From a virus (Duplodnaviria > Caudoviricetes), in IMG/VR virus record IMGVR_UViG_3300042934_000801, positions 1 through 63,304 of that record: a stretch of 63,304 nucleotides of DNA; one strand, 5' to 3'. Positions 17,501 to 27,700 of the stretch are shown one piece after another (positions within the stretch are counted from its first letter, which is position 1; every line of letters starts with the position of its first letter). Position numbers and translations under genes: made by a program. Below the pieces are notes generated by a model that did no database searches, was not told the DNA's origin, and was given only the letters and a program-made list of their open reading frames with translations.

Positions 17501-19745
17501 GGTCAACAGCGACGGCTCGGTGACCATCGTCGTTCCGCCGAATTCGTCCTACATCGAGTCCTACGCCAAGGGCGGCCCGACCCCGTCCGGCCGTGGCAAC
17601 GGGCCGACCGGCGGGCACATCTCCGAGTTGCATGGCGACGAGTGGGTTCTGCCCAAGGAAGCGCGTGCGGCCATCGGTGACAAGACGTTGGCCGCGCTGA
17701 CCGCGGGCCGCAGCTTCAGCACCGGCGGCGAGATGGTCGACGAGTTCGGCAACCCGGTCACGCCGGGCATGTTGCCGGGACCGGTCTCGGCGCCGGCGAC
17801 GATGTCGATCGCGCCGAATCCGACCGCTGGCGGCGGGGGAGTTTCCGGGATTCTCAGCCAGGTCGTTTCGGGAATGCAGGGCCCGATCGGCAACGCGATG
17901 GCGCTCGGGCAGCAGCTCGGCAACATCGCTGCGCCGGGCGCGGCCGGCGGCGGCGGTGTCGATCCGAACACCACGACGCACGGCACCGGTGCCAGCCTTC
18001 TGCCCGGGCTGTCAGTTCCTGCAGTCGGCGGCGGGGGTGGTGACTTCGCGTCCCGCATGGCCGGTGTCCCCGGACTGGCTGGCCTGTTCGGATCGATGGC
18101 TTCTCCGGATCCGAAGGGCGCACTGATGAACTGGGGCAGCCAGACCGCGAACTGGGTGGCCAACTGGGGAGTCAACACCCTCGGCTCGGTGGCCTCCACG
18201 CTGTGGCAGGGCGGGCTCGGGTTCTTCGGGCTGGAGAACAGCATCCTGTCGCCATCGAACCCTTATCACCAGGCCGCCGCACAGACCGGGCAGTTCTTCA
18301 TGGCGCAGGACGGCCCACTCGGCCAGCTGCTCGGCATGGGCGGCGGCGGGGCCGCGACCGGCGGCATCGCGGATCCGAAGGCGCTCGGCGCGGCGCATGG
18401 TGTGGATGACGGGACGCTGGCAGCACTGTTCGGTCAGACCGGGGACCCGGCGGCGCTGCAAGCGATGACACCGGCCGCGCAGCGCGCAATCATGTACGCG
18501 CAGCAGCACGCGGTCGGACAGAAGTACGAGTACGGCGGAACGGGCGCGACTGGCGGCTATGACTGCTCTGGCATCGCCTCGCAGCTCTATGCGTCCTACA
18601 TGGGCTTGCCTCCGGGCCGGTATTTCGATACTGAAGCCGACTTCGAGGCGATGGGCTTCAAACAGGGCTACAAGCCTGGCGCGCTGAACATCGGTGTCCA
18701 GCGCGGTGGCGGCGGACCGAACTCGCATATGGCCGTCACGCTGCCGAACGGCATCCCGGTCGAATCCGGCGGGTCGCACGGCAGCACCGCATACGGCGGG
18801 CCTGCCCGTGGTGCCAACACATTTCCGCTGCAGTGGTACCTGGAACCACCTCCGGGTTTTGAAAAGGGCGGCCCGACCCCGGACTACATGGGTCCGGTCG
18901 ACAACAAGGGTGGACACCTGGCGGTCGTTCACCCGCGCGAGTTCATGATCTCCGCGCGCGGCCGGGCATCAGTGCCAGATGGGTTCCTGCACAAGCTGAA
19001 CCAGGGGATCGTGGATCCGACGGAGCTCGGGTTGCGTGGCTACTGGGATGGCGGCTCGGTCATGAAGGCGGCGATGGCGCGGCCGACCCCGCCGCGGCCA
19101 CCGGTGGTCCCAGCCCGCACCATGCAGCCACGCCCGCAGCAGCCCCGGACAGCACCCGCCGCGCCGGCACCTTCGGCAACCCCCGCACCGTCGTCGTCGC
19201 CCGCTCCGTCCGCGCCTCCGTCACCAGCGGCGCCCCCGCAGCAGAGCATCGCCGCGCAGGGCGGCGCGCCAGCACCGTCGATCATCGCGGCCAACCAAGG
19301 CGCAGGCGGGATCAACCACAACGTCGACTGGATGAACACCCTGATCCGTTCCAGCGCATCCAACCTCGGCCAGCTGGCATCGACCGCCATGAGCATCGCT
19401 TCCATGGGCGGCGCCGGCATCCCGGGCATGGGCGCGATCGGTGCGGCCGGCCCATTCGTCGCCGGCGGTATCCAGCAGGGCGGCAAGGTCGTCGAGGGCA
19501 TCGTCAACGTGGTCTCCTCGGCGCTGGTCGGCAGTGTGCCCGGATCGTTCGGCGGCAAGGCCGGCGAGTCCCCATACGGCCGCGTGATCAAGACACCGAC
19601 CGAGGCTCAGCCCCCCAGCGGACAGGGGCGCGGCGGCAACACCTACAACCTCAACGGGATCAGCGATATCGACCGACTGATGGACCGAATCGAGCTGAAC
19701 GACAAGATGAGTGAACAAGCGACCTTGGCCAAGGCTTATCCGTGA
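14571..19745 (+). CDS. Tape measure protein with NlpC/P60-like peptidoglycan hydrolase domain
   Basis: 1724 aa, Ala/Gly-rich helical; YEYGG...GYDCSG...HMAVTL near the C-terminus. Confidence 0.95.
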   Translation: MPDYSAGTASVRIRPNADDFVRDLNAKLKAVKDPGYPISVSANTGQASADIKRFRDVESRNGMKLGVDVALGQAQADMAAFRARQRADGLTIKVDADTKSADNQLSALQRRLSTLASGRDALRLNIGAGLLGSVQPAVAGLASVAAGLQQVSGAALAVPGAIAGAAASIGTLAFGLSGISDAYKAVSDASESAGKDQAASARQAAQASNTLRNAVVDEAQARKDVAEATRDARNELRDLHTEMRGGLINESRAILQAQQARERFAKGDYTDQRDALLDIAEADQRVLEVRQRNADKAVDLAQAQREGVAGSDQVVAANERLVRSQQQVADAQMGAAEAATSMGAAQEKAMQEMAKLSPSAQKFVQTLVDMKPQFAEFRAAAAEPLLEGKDVEFRNFYEKVAPSFKTGMGEIAGAWNDNITALTESLGSDTGVGFIDRILGNTGDAQSRLTKAVDPVVRVIGTLSAAGSDVLPRLADATGRFADRLADALTEADKDGSLDAMINRGLDGLTSLGRTTVSFGKSLNAITSSAGGGSFLQWLETSTDRMQKFLNSAEGKNKIREYLADGRDLAQKIGEALSKLPGALAGVQDAAQTYLGGALVIVRELAALMGEHPDLVKTVVAAYLTWKTVTPIVQGVGGLLTGMSTSLVALGTGFSDTRKKASDEFGVIQKRFDDAGGPKGLGKFSGALAALGAAAGPFGLLAGTIASVAIPALMNLKTAHEEAAEKVGDLNQRELELEQTLDRVTGKMTAQSRDSLLQQAQDFAPKGPGAGIPGISEGNALAAATSLGINPKTYGDALTGNGAAQQQVRDILSKNNLVPEFQANAQLTGDANFLSNITGGSITQDKLISALLGDTKAIEEFTAALEKAELGATEEQSQRLAGLDLASISQRLSDTGRASVLAGGALNYLTSPIAPAQQSVVERNQANYGRFRLTDAGRGFFGGDLQVTSSGSDYSIVAPAMTPGLQASLQASQLEHKVNSDGSVTIVVPPNSSYIESYAKGGPTPSGRGNGPTGGHISELHGDEWVLPKEARAAIGDKTLAALTAGRSFSTGGEMVDEFGNPVTPGMLPGPVSAPATMSIAPNPTAGGGGVSGILSQVVSGMQGPIGNAMALGQQLGNIAAPGAAGGGGVDPNTTTHGTGASLLPGLSVPAVGGGGGDFASRMAGVPGLAGLFGSMASPDPKGALMNWGSQTANWVANWGVNTLGSVASTLWQGGLGFFGLENSILSPSNPYHQAAAQTGQFFMAQDGPLGQLLGMGGGGAATGGIADPKALGAAHGVDDGTLAALFGQTGDPAALQAMTPAAQRAIMYAQQHAVGQKYEYGGTGATGGYDCSGIASQLYASYMGLPPGRYFDTEADFEAMGFKQGYKPGALNIGVQRGGGGPNSHMAVTLPNGIPVESGGSHGSTAYGGPARGANTFPLQWYLEPPPGFEKGGPTPDYMGPVDNKGGHLAVVHPREFMISARGRASVPDGFLHKLNQGIVDPTELGLRGYWDGGSVMKAAMARPTPPRPPVVPARTMQPRPQQPRTAPAAPAPSATPAPSSSPAPSAPPSPAAPPQQSIAAQGGAPAPSIIAANQGAGGINHNVDWMNTLIRSSASNLGQLASTAMSIASMGGAGIPGMGAIGAAGPFVAGGIQQGGKVVEGIVNVVSSALVGSVPGSFGGKAGESPYGRVIKTPTEAQPPSGQGRGGNTYNLNGISDIDRLMDRIELNDKMSEQATLAKAYP

Positions 19746-20680
19746 GACAGGTCGATTCCATCGACGTCGTCGGTGTGAACGGTGACTTCTGCCGCATCTC
19801 GGACCGCAACCTTACCTGGGGGCCACTGCTGGCGCCCGGGTCGACCGGCCTGTTCGACATGCCTATCCAAACCAACTGGGGTTCATACGGTTACGGCCAG
19901 TTCTACCAGTCGTGGAAGCCCAAGCGCCGCGACGTGGTGTGGACGATGCACCTGATCAACCCCGACACCGGCGACCGGCTCAAGCAGGACGACATGCTGT
20001 GGCATCTCATCTGCTCGCGGTGGAAGGCGATGTTCAGCCCCGAGAAAGAGGCCAAGGTCCTCTACAACTCCGTCGACGGTGAACGCAAGCTCGGCCTGCG
20101 CACCCTGGACACGTCGAAGTCGTTCTCCACCCAGAACTGGGAGGGCATCGACCCGCACATCTTCCGGTACGGGTCACTGGTGCAGGCCATGGCCGCCGAG
20201 CTGCCGTTCTACGTGGGCAAGCCCGACATCTACACCTTGGAGTTCGACGGACCGGGCAACCACTGGGGACACCTGCCGTACTTCAACCCCGCCAACGTCG
20301 ACATCTGGCCCGAGTGGGATGCCACGTGGGGCGCCGCATACGTGCTGCCCGACTACAGCTTCTACAACGAGCTGCACGGCCGCGGTATCGCCGACCTCGG
20401 CAAGACGGTGCGCACCCCGGTGATCGACGCCGGTGACGGCAACGTCACCATCTACACCCAGCCCAACCTCGAGACCTACATCTCGGAATGGGAAACCGAA
20501 GTCGGTGGCCGCGCCGGTGGGCGGGACTTCGAATACCCGATCCGGCCGGGCAGCGGCAGCAGCGACCCCGAGCTCGGATGCGTGGTGCGCGCACTGGTCA
20601 CTGCCGAGGACGGCGCGGCGCTGAAGCTGACGTTGCCGCGCTGGTACGAATCCCCATTCAGCACACCGTTGGTCGTCTGA
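19742..20680 (+). CDS. Minor tail protein (distal tail-like)
   Basis: First gene after tape measure; NPANVDIWPEW, PRWYESPF. Confidence 0.8.
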   Translation: MRQVDSIDVVGVNGDFCRISDRNLTWGPLLAPGSTGLFDMPIQTNWGSYGYGQFYQSWKPKRRDVVWTMHLINPDTGDRLKQDDMLWHLICSRWKAMFSPEKEAKVLYNSVDGERKLGLRTLDTSKSFSTQNWEGIDPHIFRYGSLVQAMAAELPFYVGKPDIYTLEFDGPGNHWGHLPYFNPANVDIWPEWDATWGAAYVLPDYSFYNELHGRGIADLGKTVRTPVIDAGDGNVTIYTQPNLETYISEWETEVGGRAGGRDFEYPIRPGSGSSDPELGCVVRALVTAEDGAALKLTLPRWYESPFSTPLVV

Positions 20681-20681
20681 C

Positions 20682-22388
20682 ATGCCGGGCCTCGCGTCGC
20701 TGGAACGGACACGCGAGGTCACCGACGAGATCCGTCGGCAGCGCAAGGCCATCCAGCGCGCGCAGACGCAGGTGTGGCTGTACCGCAACCTGCCGGGCGA
20801 GATCGGCCTGAACATGCGCGGGTCGCTGAACATCCTCGACTGCGCGAAGCACAAGTTCCAGTCCCGCGACAACATCGCCTCCCCGGGCATGATCACCATC
20901 CCGGCAAGGCACTACCTGGCGAAGTGGATCGCCACGATTCCGAACGACCCGGAGTCGTGCAAGCAGGTCATCATCCGCGTCGACCGCTACGGCGGGGCGT
21001 GGCGCTGGACCGGCATGATGCACCACTGGACTGCCGAGACCATCGACGGCGTCGACTGGATCACCTGCTACTTCAACGACGACCTGGCGTTCCTGCAGCA
21101 CGTTCTCGTGCCGCCGAATCCAGCCCTTCCGTTGCCGGTATTCCAGTTCCCGCGCGACTTTTTCATGGTGTGCCCCACCGCATTTGGTGCCGCAGCGACC
21201 GGTCAAATGCAGTTCGTTCGCCAGTTCGCGAACGTCTGGACGATGAGCGATGACCCGTTCGATCTGAGCTCATACCCGGAGGGTTACGACCCGCGCACGT
21301 GGCAGGCGCACATGAAGGGCCCGCGGTTCCTCGACGACCCCACGCTGTGGGGTGTCTTCGCGGCCCGGATGAACAGCTACGACACGGTCATCGCCGACCC
21401 GATGGACGACGCGCAGGTCTCGATGACCTACCGCCGTATCTTCACCGCCGAGGGCGAGACGGTCGAAGGTCTGTTCAACAACGACATCGCCAACGGTGCG
21501 CTGGTCTTCGAGCCGGTCGACCGCTCAGGGTTCTCCCGCGAGACCGGCACCTACCTGTCGGGCAACGCCGCGCAGGGGTTCCTGCGAACCGGCATCGTGT
21601 GGACCTCTGACCTGCTCGAAGGCATCAACGAGTTCATGGAGGACGACCAGTCCTACACCCCCGACGAGTACCACCAGGCCGGATGGATCGGCACGAAGGC
21701 GGTCAAGCCGGCACACACGATCCGCGACTCGTACGTCAATGACCTGCAGTCCAAGGTGTCCTACTCGCCGGCCGGCCCCACCCAGATCGTCATCGGTGGC
21801 GACAACCCGACTGCTGACGCTCTGGCGCAGGTGCTCATCGCGTCGGTCGGCAACCTGCTCGGCTACTTCCTGCTGCTGGGCTTCGACAGCGCCGGCGATA
21901 TCGCCGCGGACATCATCATGCCGTTCCTCGTCGGCACCATCGCCGCGTGGGCGCAGTTCGAACTGCCCGCCCGGGCAACCAATCTCGGTTGGGCGCACCT
22001 TCTTGAGGTCTACGTCTCCGGTGCTGAGCAGAACGTATGGAGCCTGTCGGCCCTGGCCACCGCGCGCGGAGGCGTGAACGCCACCGACGACGAGACCGGC
22101 CACACCATGGTCATCGACGAGTCGACCTGGTTCATCCCGGGGCTGCATGGCGAGGTCGGGGACCGGGTGGGTTCGACCGCCGGCGTGCTGCAGCGCATGG
22201 GCATCGACCTCATGTTCACCAACCAGATCAAGGAAATGACTCTGGAAGGTGACGAGACCGGGAAGTCGGAATTCCTGGTCAAGGTCGGCGAGAACAAGGC
22301 TGCCATGTCGCGGGGTGAGCGCAACGCCCGCATGTTGAAGACCGCGCTCGACCGCATCGCCGACATCGGCGTGCACATCGTCCAGTAG
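20682..22388 (+). CDS. Minor tail protein (baseplate hub-like)
   Basis: PPNPALPLPVFQFPRDF, FLVGTIAAW; second gene after tape measure. Confidence 0.8.
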   Translation: MPGLASLERTREVTDEIRRQRKAIQRAQTQVWLYRNLPGEIGLNMRGSLNILDCAKHKFQSRDNIASPGMITIPARHYLAKWIATIPNDPESCKQVIIRVDRYGGAWRWTGMMHHWTAETIDGVDWITCYFNDDLAFLQHVLVPPNPALPLPVFQFPRDFFMVCPTAFGAAATGQMQFVRQFANVWTMSDDPFDLSSYPEGYDPRTWQAHMKGPRFLDDPTLWGVFAARMNSYDTVIADPMDDAQVSMTYRRIFTAEGETVEGLFNNDIANGALVFEPVDRSGFSRETGTYLSGNAAQGFLRTGIVWTSDLLEGINEFMEDDQSYTPDEYHQAGWIGTKAVKPAHTIRDSYVNDLQSKVSYSPAGPTQIVIGGDNPTADALAQVLIASVGNLLGYFLLLGFDSAGDIAADIIMPFLVGTIAAWAQFELPARATNLGWAHLLEVYVSGAEQNVWSLSALATARGGVNATDDETGHTMVIDESTWFIPGLHGEVGDRVGSTAGVLQRMGIDLMFTNQIKEMTLEGDETGKSEFLVKVGENKAAMSRGERNARMLKTALDRIADIGVHIVQ

Positions 22389-22431
22389 CAAAAGCACTGT
22401 GGCGCAACAACTTGCATTGTGGAGGTGATCT

Positions 22432-23385
22432 GTGGAGTCTTTGTATTCAGCCGTGGTGCTGTCCCGCGGCGGCACGTGGAAGCCGCGGCCGGACGAGACT
22501 CCCTACCTGCTGCCGCACAACAACCGGCTCGCCGCGTTCCCTGACGGGGCAACCGTGGAATGCCGGTTCTACGGCTCCGACGGCCTGCTCATCACCACCG
22601 TCGACGGCCAGGTGTTCCCGGACCGCATCGAATTCGTCGGCGATGCCGAAGAGATGGACCGGGTGCCGGCCGGCGCCGGGTTCACCATCGTGCTGGACAC
22701 CAATGAGGGGCCGTTCCCGATCCGGCACGGCAAGGTGATCCGCAAGCAGCTCGAATTCACCACCCCGCTGGCCCAATTGGACGTTCCGCCGCTGGCGATC
22801 AACGACAACTTGCAGCGCACAGCGCTGGGCAATAAGTGGAAGACGATCTTCGGGCGCCTGCAGCTCGTCGACAACACCGCGGATGGTTTGCCGATCGGTG
22901 TGGGCGCGAAGGCCAAAGAGGGCGCGATGCGCTACATCCAGGAGTTCACCACTCCCGGTGTGGAGATCGGCGTCACCTTCCTCAACCGCACCCCGACGGT
23001 GCCCTCGTGGACATCGCTGAACTTCGGTGCCGACATCAACGCCGAGATGGGTTTCTCGGTCAAGTTCGAGACCGGGTCGTCGCCGAACCGCCGCATCCAC
23101 ATCGGCACCATGAACAAGCCGATGGACATCATCGACCGAGTTCCCACTGTCGCAAACGAAGTCGTCAACAACGAGTACTACCGGATCCGATTCATCCCAG
23201 GCTCGAAGCTGGTGGCGGTCTATAAGGGTGAGTCGCTGGAGCCGATCGCGAAGTGGATAGACGAGAACGACATCGTGCCCCGCGGCATCGGCTACCGGCA
23301 CCTCGGCGCGAGCTTCTACCGGTCGTCGACTTCGACGACCAAGGGCATTCAGCTCACCTCGATCAGCGCCCGGGACGCAGCGTGA
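22432..23385 (+). CDS. Minor tail protein
   Basis: GGAGG RBS; beta-rich, VPRGIGYRHLG C-terminal motif. Confidence 0.7.
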   Translation: MESLYSAVVLSRGGTWKPRPDETPYLLPHNNRLAAFPDGATVECRFYGSDGLLITTVDGQVFPDRIEFVGDAEEMDRVPAGAGFTIVLDTNEGPFPIRHGKVIRKQLEFTTPLAQLDVPPLAINDNLQRTALGNKWKTIFGRLQLVDNTADGLPIGVGAKAKEGAMRYIQEFTTPGVEIGVTFLNRTPTVPSWTSLNFGADINAEMGFSVKFETGSSPNRRIHIGTMNKPMDIIDRVPTVANEVVNNEYYRIRFIPGSKLVAVYKGESLEPIAKWIDENDIVPRGIGYRHLGASFYRSSTSTTKGIQLTSISARDAA

Positions 23386-24044
23386 CCGCGCCGGAGCCGA
23401 CCGCGGAAGAGATCACCGCGCTGCAGGAGATCCTGTACATGATGCCGCCGGTCGGGCGGACGCACTTCGCGCCGAAGCTCGCCGCGGCGGGGATCCGCGT
23501 GCACCCGGAGCTGGCCACCAAAAAGGTGGTCATCATCGAGGGGACCGGCATCACCGGGGGATGGGCGCCGCGACGAACCCAGCAGATCAACGACAGCAAC
23601 GGGCTGCCCACCGCGCTGGCTGCTCAGGCCACCGCGCCGGATCAGGTCGATATCGAGCAGATGGGCGCGTTGGCCATCGCGCTGCGGGTGCTGCCGCCGC
23701 CACTGCCGCGCGCGCTGGGCCCGGAGTTGTACGAGCTCGGCGCTCGCGTGCACCCGGATCTGGCCACCGCGGTGGATGCGCCGGCTGCGACCGGGAAGCT
23801 GATCGGCGTACTGCGGACCCTGGAGGAGCGTGCACCGGCGCTCGCCGGCCTGGCAGACCGCGTGGAGGAAGCGCAGGCTGCCGCCGCCGAAGGTGACATG
23901 TCGAAGATCCGGGCATTGGCCGCAGAGCTCGCGCCGAAGCTGCAGCAGCAGAGTGCGACGAACCGGCAGCTGGCCGCCGACATCGATCCGGAGAAGTGGG
24001 CGGACGAAGAGAAGTCGATGCCCGCGCAGGAGAGCCCCGAGTAA
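23382..24044 (+). CDS. Tail-region protein with a duplicated G.RVHP.LAT motif
   Basis: GTGA overlap; LAAAGIRVHPELAT and LYELGARVHPDLAT. Confidence 0.65.
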   Translation: MTAPEPTAEEITALQEILYMMPPVGRTHFAPKLAAAGIRVHPELATKKVVIIEGTGITGGWAPRRTQQINDSNGLPTALAAQATAPDQVDIEQMGALAIALRVLPPPLPRALGPELYELGARVHPDLATAVDAPAATGKLIGVLRTLEERAPALAGLADRVEEAQAAAAEGDMSKIRALAAELAPKLQQQSATNRQLAADIDPEKWADEEKSMPAQESPE

Positions 24045-25205
24045 ATGGGCGGTCTGCCGAACGGCCCAGGCGGCGTCAATCCCGACGCGAAGTTCGTCAA
24101 CAGCGCCAGCGGGCTCGGTGAACTCGACCAGCTGACACGGCCCAACGTCGAAGCGCTGCTCAAGGAAATGCACTTCCCGCCCACCAACATCTGGCGCAAC
24201 CCGGGCGGCATCCTCAAGACCGCATGGAATGCCATGACCGCCGCGATCAGCAACGCGGCGACGAACGCGGTGAATGCGATCACCCAACTGGGCACGTTGA
24301 TATGGACCGTCGGCGGTGACTTCATCGAGGACGTCGGCGACTTCATCAACGCCGCGGTGTCCAACGCGCAGACAGCGCTCACCAACAGCGGGATCACGCT
24401 GGCCAACCTGGAGAACGCGCTCAAGGGCGCTTTCAACAAGTGGTTCAACCGCACCGACGGCACCGGCACGGTGGCCGAATTCGAGTACGTCATGGAATCC
24501 GTCCGTGACGCCGTCATCAACGGCTACCTGGTCACGGCTTTCACCTCGGACGCCGTGGCATGGCCGGTCACGCCGGCGGTCGACTGGAACACCGCGCTGA
24601 TCGGAGGCGGCCAAAATGCCTCGGGTGGCACCGGCGGTCTGCATGGATCGTTCATCGCCCGCCCGCTCGACATGGCCGGCGTCACTGCGATCGATGTCCA
24701 GATCGGGACAGCAGGCAACCTCACCACCATTCGCGTGGCTGCCACCCCGCCGCACACCGGCGCAGTGCTCGCACAGTCAGCACCGCACGGCACATCCGGG
24801 GGCGTCGCGCTGCAGGGCGGGCTGTACGGGCTGAGCCCGACCAACTCGCTGCCGGGCTCTGGCGGTAACGGCGGGTCGGGCGGACCCGGTGGCACCGAGG
24901 CGGCACCAGGCCAGGACTCAGCACTGGCAACCGGCGGTGCTCGCGGCCTGGCTGGGAACTTCGGCGGCAACGGACAGCCAGGCGGAAGCGTCTCGGCCGG
25001 ATCGCAGATCAAGTGCGGCGGCGCCGGTGGCGGCGGCGGCGGCCGAGCCAACGTGGTGCTCAACGGCGGGGGAAACGGCGGTGCTGGTGGCTATCCAGGC
25101 GGTGGCGGAGGCGGCCGCGGTGCTGGCTGGGGTGGCGGCCCGAATGGACTGCTCGGCCCGGGCGCGCCTGGCGTGGCCTTCGTCATGCGAAAGGGAGAAG
25201 CCTGA
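24045..25205 (+). CDS. Glycine-rich minor tail protein
   Basis: C-terminal GGNGG/GGGGG/YPGGGGGG repeats. Confidence 0.75.
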   Translation: MGGLPNGPGGVNPDAKFVNSASGLGELDQLTRPNVEALLKEMHFPPTNIWRNPGGILKTAWNAMTAAISNAATNAVNAITQLGTLIWTVGGDFIEDVGDFINAAVSNAQTALTNSGITLANLENALKGAFNKWFNRTDGTGTVAEFEYVMESVRDAVINGYLVTAFTSDAVAWPVTPAVDWNTALIGGGQNASGGTGGLHGSFIARPLDMAGVTAIDVQIGTAGNLTTIRVAATPPHTGAVLAQSAPHGTSGGVALQGGLYGLSPTNSLPGSGGNGGSGGPGGTEAAPGQDSALATGGARGLAGNFGGNGQPGGSVSAGSQIKCGGAGGGGGGRANVVLNGGGNGGAGGYPGGGGGGRGAGWGGGPNGLLGPGAPGVAFVMRKGEA

Positions 25206-25549
25206 TGCCTACTGCGGAGCTGGTTACGGCGAACCTGCCGCAATTCTGCCCAGTCACCAACCACTACCTGTGCACCGGCGGAGAGCACGACGGTCAGTAC
25301 CTGCTGGTCACCGTCGTGTCTATGGATGCGCCCGCGACGTTGGAGCTTTTCGGCATCGCGATTCCTATCTCCGCGGTGCAACTGCCGACTGCGGTGGACG
25401 TGTTCCTCGCCGACGAGTTCGCAACAGTCCTGGACTCCGATGGCGACCCGTCCAACGGAATGACGCCGCTGGCTTCCTACGAAGTCGACACCCACACAGC
25501 GGCTTTGGCCGCCCTCGGATATGAGCTGATTGAGGAAGGCGAGTCCTGA
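25205..25549 (+). CDS. Hypothetical tail-region protein
   Basis: AAGGGAG RBS, TGATG coupling; CPVTNHY, VFLADE, ALAALGY. Confidence 0.7.
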   Translation: MPTAELVTANLPQFCPVTNHYLCTGGEHDGQYLLVTVVSMDAPATLELFGIAIPISAVQLPTAVDVFLADEFATVLDSDGDPSNGMTPLASYEVDTHTAALAALGYELIEEGES

Positions 25550-25773
25550 TGGAGTACCCAGAGAAGTCCTTGAAATGGGATCCCGAAACCGGTGACGTCG
25601 CGGTCCGGACTCGGCTCCCCGCCGATGGCAAGTTCGCCAGCATGGCGTGGCTGGTCGCACCGTCAGCTGGTGGGGCCCGTAATGCCTCGCCGGCCGAAGT
25701 CGAGGACTGGATCGACATCCCGGTGGTCCTGCTGCAGGCGCTTGCCGAACAGGCCGCCGAGGCATCCACGTGA
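25549..25773 (+). CDS. Hypothetical protein
   Basis: TGATG coupling; DPETGDVAVRT. Confidence 0.65.
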   Translation: MEYPEKSLKWDPETGDVAVRTRLPADGKFASMAWLVAPSAGGARNASPAEVEDWIDIPVVLLQALAEQAAEAST

Positions 25774-25807
25774 ATTCCACTGCCGCCGCACCGAACAGGA
25801 GACTGTT

Positions 25808-26188
25808 GTGAACGAAGACGACCTCTACTCGGGATTCACGCTCAACGCGTCCATCCTGGGACACACCGCGATCCTGTCCACAATCAGCCACGCGAAGCTG
25901 CATGTCGGTCCGCCGTTCGACGGCTCTCTTGAAGCGTCGGCGTTCACCACGCGCGTGGCCGCGACCTACGGTGCACCTGACGGCAACGGCGTTTTCAATC
26001 TGACGTCACCGTTCTCGTTCTCCGGGTTGGTGGTCGTCGAAAACACCTGGGGCGTCTCATTCTGGACTGCGGCGACCGCAGGCATCTGCCGGATGGTGCG
26101 CCGCTTCGAGGACATGAAGTACGTGTTCGCCGGTGACACCCTGACCGTCGTGTCGGCGCCGGTAGTGGCCAAGGCGGTTGGGCTCTAA
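25808..26188 (+). CDS. Tail fibre-associated protein
   Basis: AGGAG RBS; KLHVGPP...FWTAATAG...GDTLTV pattern. Confidence 0.65.
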   Translation: MNEDDLYSGFTLNASILGHTAILSTISHAKLHVGPPFDGSLEASAFTTRVAATYGAPDGNGVFNLTSPFSFSGLVVVENTWGVSFWTAATAGICRMVRRFEDMKYVFAGDTLTVVSAPVVAKAVGL

Positions 26189-27234
26189 TGGCGGTCAGCC
26201 CCGGCGCGGTCATGGAAGGCGGCCACGATTCGGTCAGCTTCGGCAACGCGGTGTCGGTCGGGTTTGACAACAACTCAGAGGGCGGCCTAGCGGTCGTTGG
26301 GGCGGCGTTCTCGGCCGGTGATCTGCGGATCCTGTGGTACACCGATGACAACAACATCTCCGATTTGACGCGCACGGTGACCTACGGCGGGATTCCGATG
26401 ATCTCGGCCGGGGTCATCGAATGGGCGACCGGCGCGGACGCCTGGACCGAGATGTTCGTCCTGCCGGGCGCTCCTCCCGGAAAGCAGCGGGTCGCCGGCA
26501 AGGTATCAGGCGGTGCCAGCGGCAAGCGTCACCTGCGACTCGGGGGAGTCATGCACACGGGTGTCGATTCCGTCGGCGCGCCGATTCTGCTGGCCGGCTC
26601 GGGCACGGCAATGACCATCGCAGCCGAGGCCGAGACAGCGGACCGGCTGGTTGCGGTGTACGGCACGCTGTCTGGCATCTCGGATTTCAACGGCGAGCAA
26701 CGCTACGTGAACAACTCGGGCATCGGGCTGCTGATCGGTGACGCGCCCGGCACAGGTGACCCGATGAACCTCACAGCAACGCGGCAGAAATCCGGTGTGT
26801 GGGGCGGCATCGTGATTCCGCTCAACGCTGCAGACACCGTGGCATCGTGCCCGCCGATATCGCTCGGGACGGACTTCGGTCCGACCCTGGCGTACTGCGA
26901 ACCGCGGCTCGGCGGACTGCGCCGGCAGATCTTCAAGGTTCCGATTGGGTCGAATCAGAAGGTCATCGGCACCGCACAGCCGAAGACTCCCGACGATGTC
27001 ACGCCGATCACGATGGACTGGTCGGACTTCCTGGCATTGACGATGGACCGGATACGCGACTTTTGGTGGACAACACCAGGTGTGGACGTCGACCGCCGCT
27101 GGTTCAGCGATACCGACGCCACGCTGCTGGTGTCAGGTGGGTCCGTCGGGTCAGCGACCCTGACGTACAGCATCCGGACGTGGGGCGGCGAGGTCTACAG
27201 CCGCTCCATCAAGCTGCCGATCAAAAACCTGTAG
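26188..27234 (+). CDS. Minor tail protein
   Basis: TAATG coupling; VTYGG.PM beta domain plus C-terminal K.PDD...DWSDFL domain. Confidence 0.65.
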   Translation: MAVSPGAVMEGGHDSVSFGNAVSVGFDNNSEGGLAVVGAAFSAGDLRILWYTDDNNISDLTRTVTYGGIPMISAGVIEWATGADAWTEMFVLPGAPPGKQRVAGKVSGGASGKRHLRLGGVMHTGVDSVGAPILLAGSGTAMTIAAEAETADRLVAVYGTLSGISDFNGEQRYVNNSGIGLLIGDAPGTGDPMNLTATRQKSGVWGGIVIPLNAADTVASCPPISLGTDFGPTLAYCEPRLGGLRRQIFKVPIGSNQKVIGTAQPKTPDDVTPITMDWSDFLALTMDRIRDFWWTTPGVDVDRRWFSDTDATLLVSGGSVGSATLTYSIRTWGGEVYSRSIKLPIKNL

Positions 27235-27244
27235 GAGGGGCGCC

Positions 27245-27700
27245 GTGCCTGAATTGCCGAGCTTCACCGTCCCGTGGAACCTCTACGACATCCCCGGCAG
27301 CGTGGTGGCCGGCGAGCTGATCAGGCGCGCGTTGGAACACGCCCGCGTGGTGTTCAAATCGAACCTCGGGTCGGTACCGCTGATCACGTTCTCCGGTGAT
27401 TCTCACGTGCCACCGCTCGAGGTGTACGCGACGGTGAAGAACGATGGGGCACTGGTTGATCGGGATGGGTTCCCGGTGAAGCTGCTGGCCAACGACCCCG
27501 GCCTTTCGGTATCCGGAATCCAGTGGTCGGGTTCGCTGCTGATGCCGATACCCGGCCCGATGACGCGAATCTTATTCGGTCCGTTCGATGCTCTCTTGGA
27601 CGGGGACGTGCTTCCTCTGGCTGAGATCACGCCGACTGTGGAACTGCCTCCGCTGGAGGATGAGACGTTCATCTTCGACGGGAACGGTGGACTGGCATGA
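27245..27700 (+). CDS. Minor tail/fibre connector protein
   Basis: AGGAGG RBS; VKLLANDPGL. Confidence 0.6.
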   Translation: MPELPSFTVPWNLYDIPGSVVAGELIRRALEHARVVFKSNLGSVPLITFSGDSHVPPLEVYATVKNDGALVDRDGFPVKLLANDPGLSVSGIQWSGSLLMPIPGPMTRILFGPFDALLDGDVLPLAEITPTVELPPLEDETFIFDGNGGLA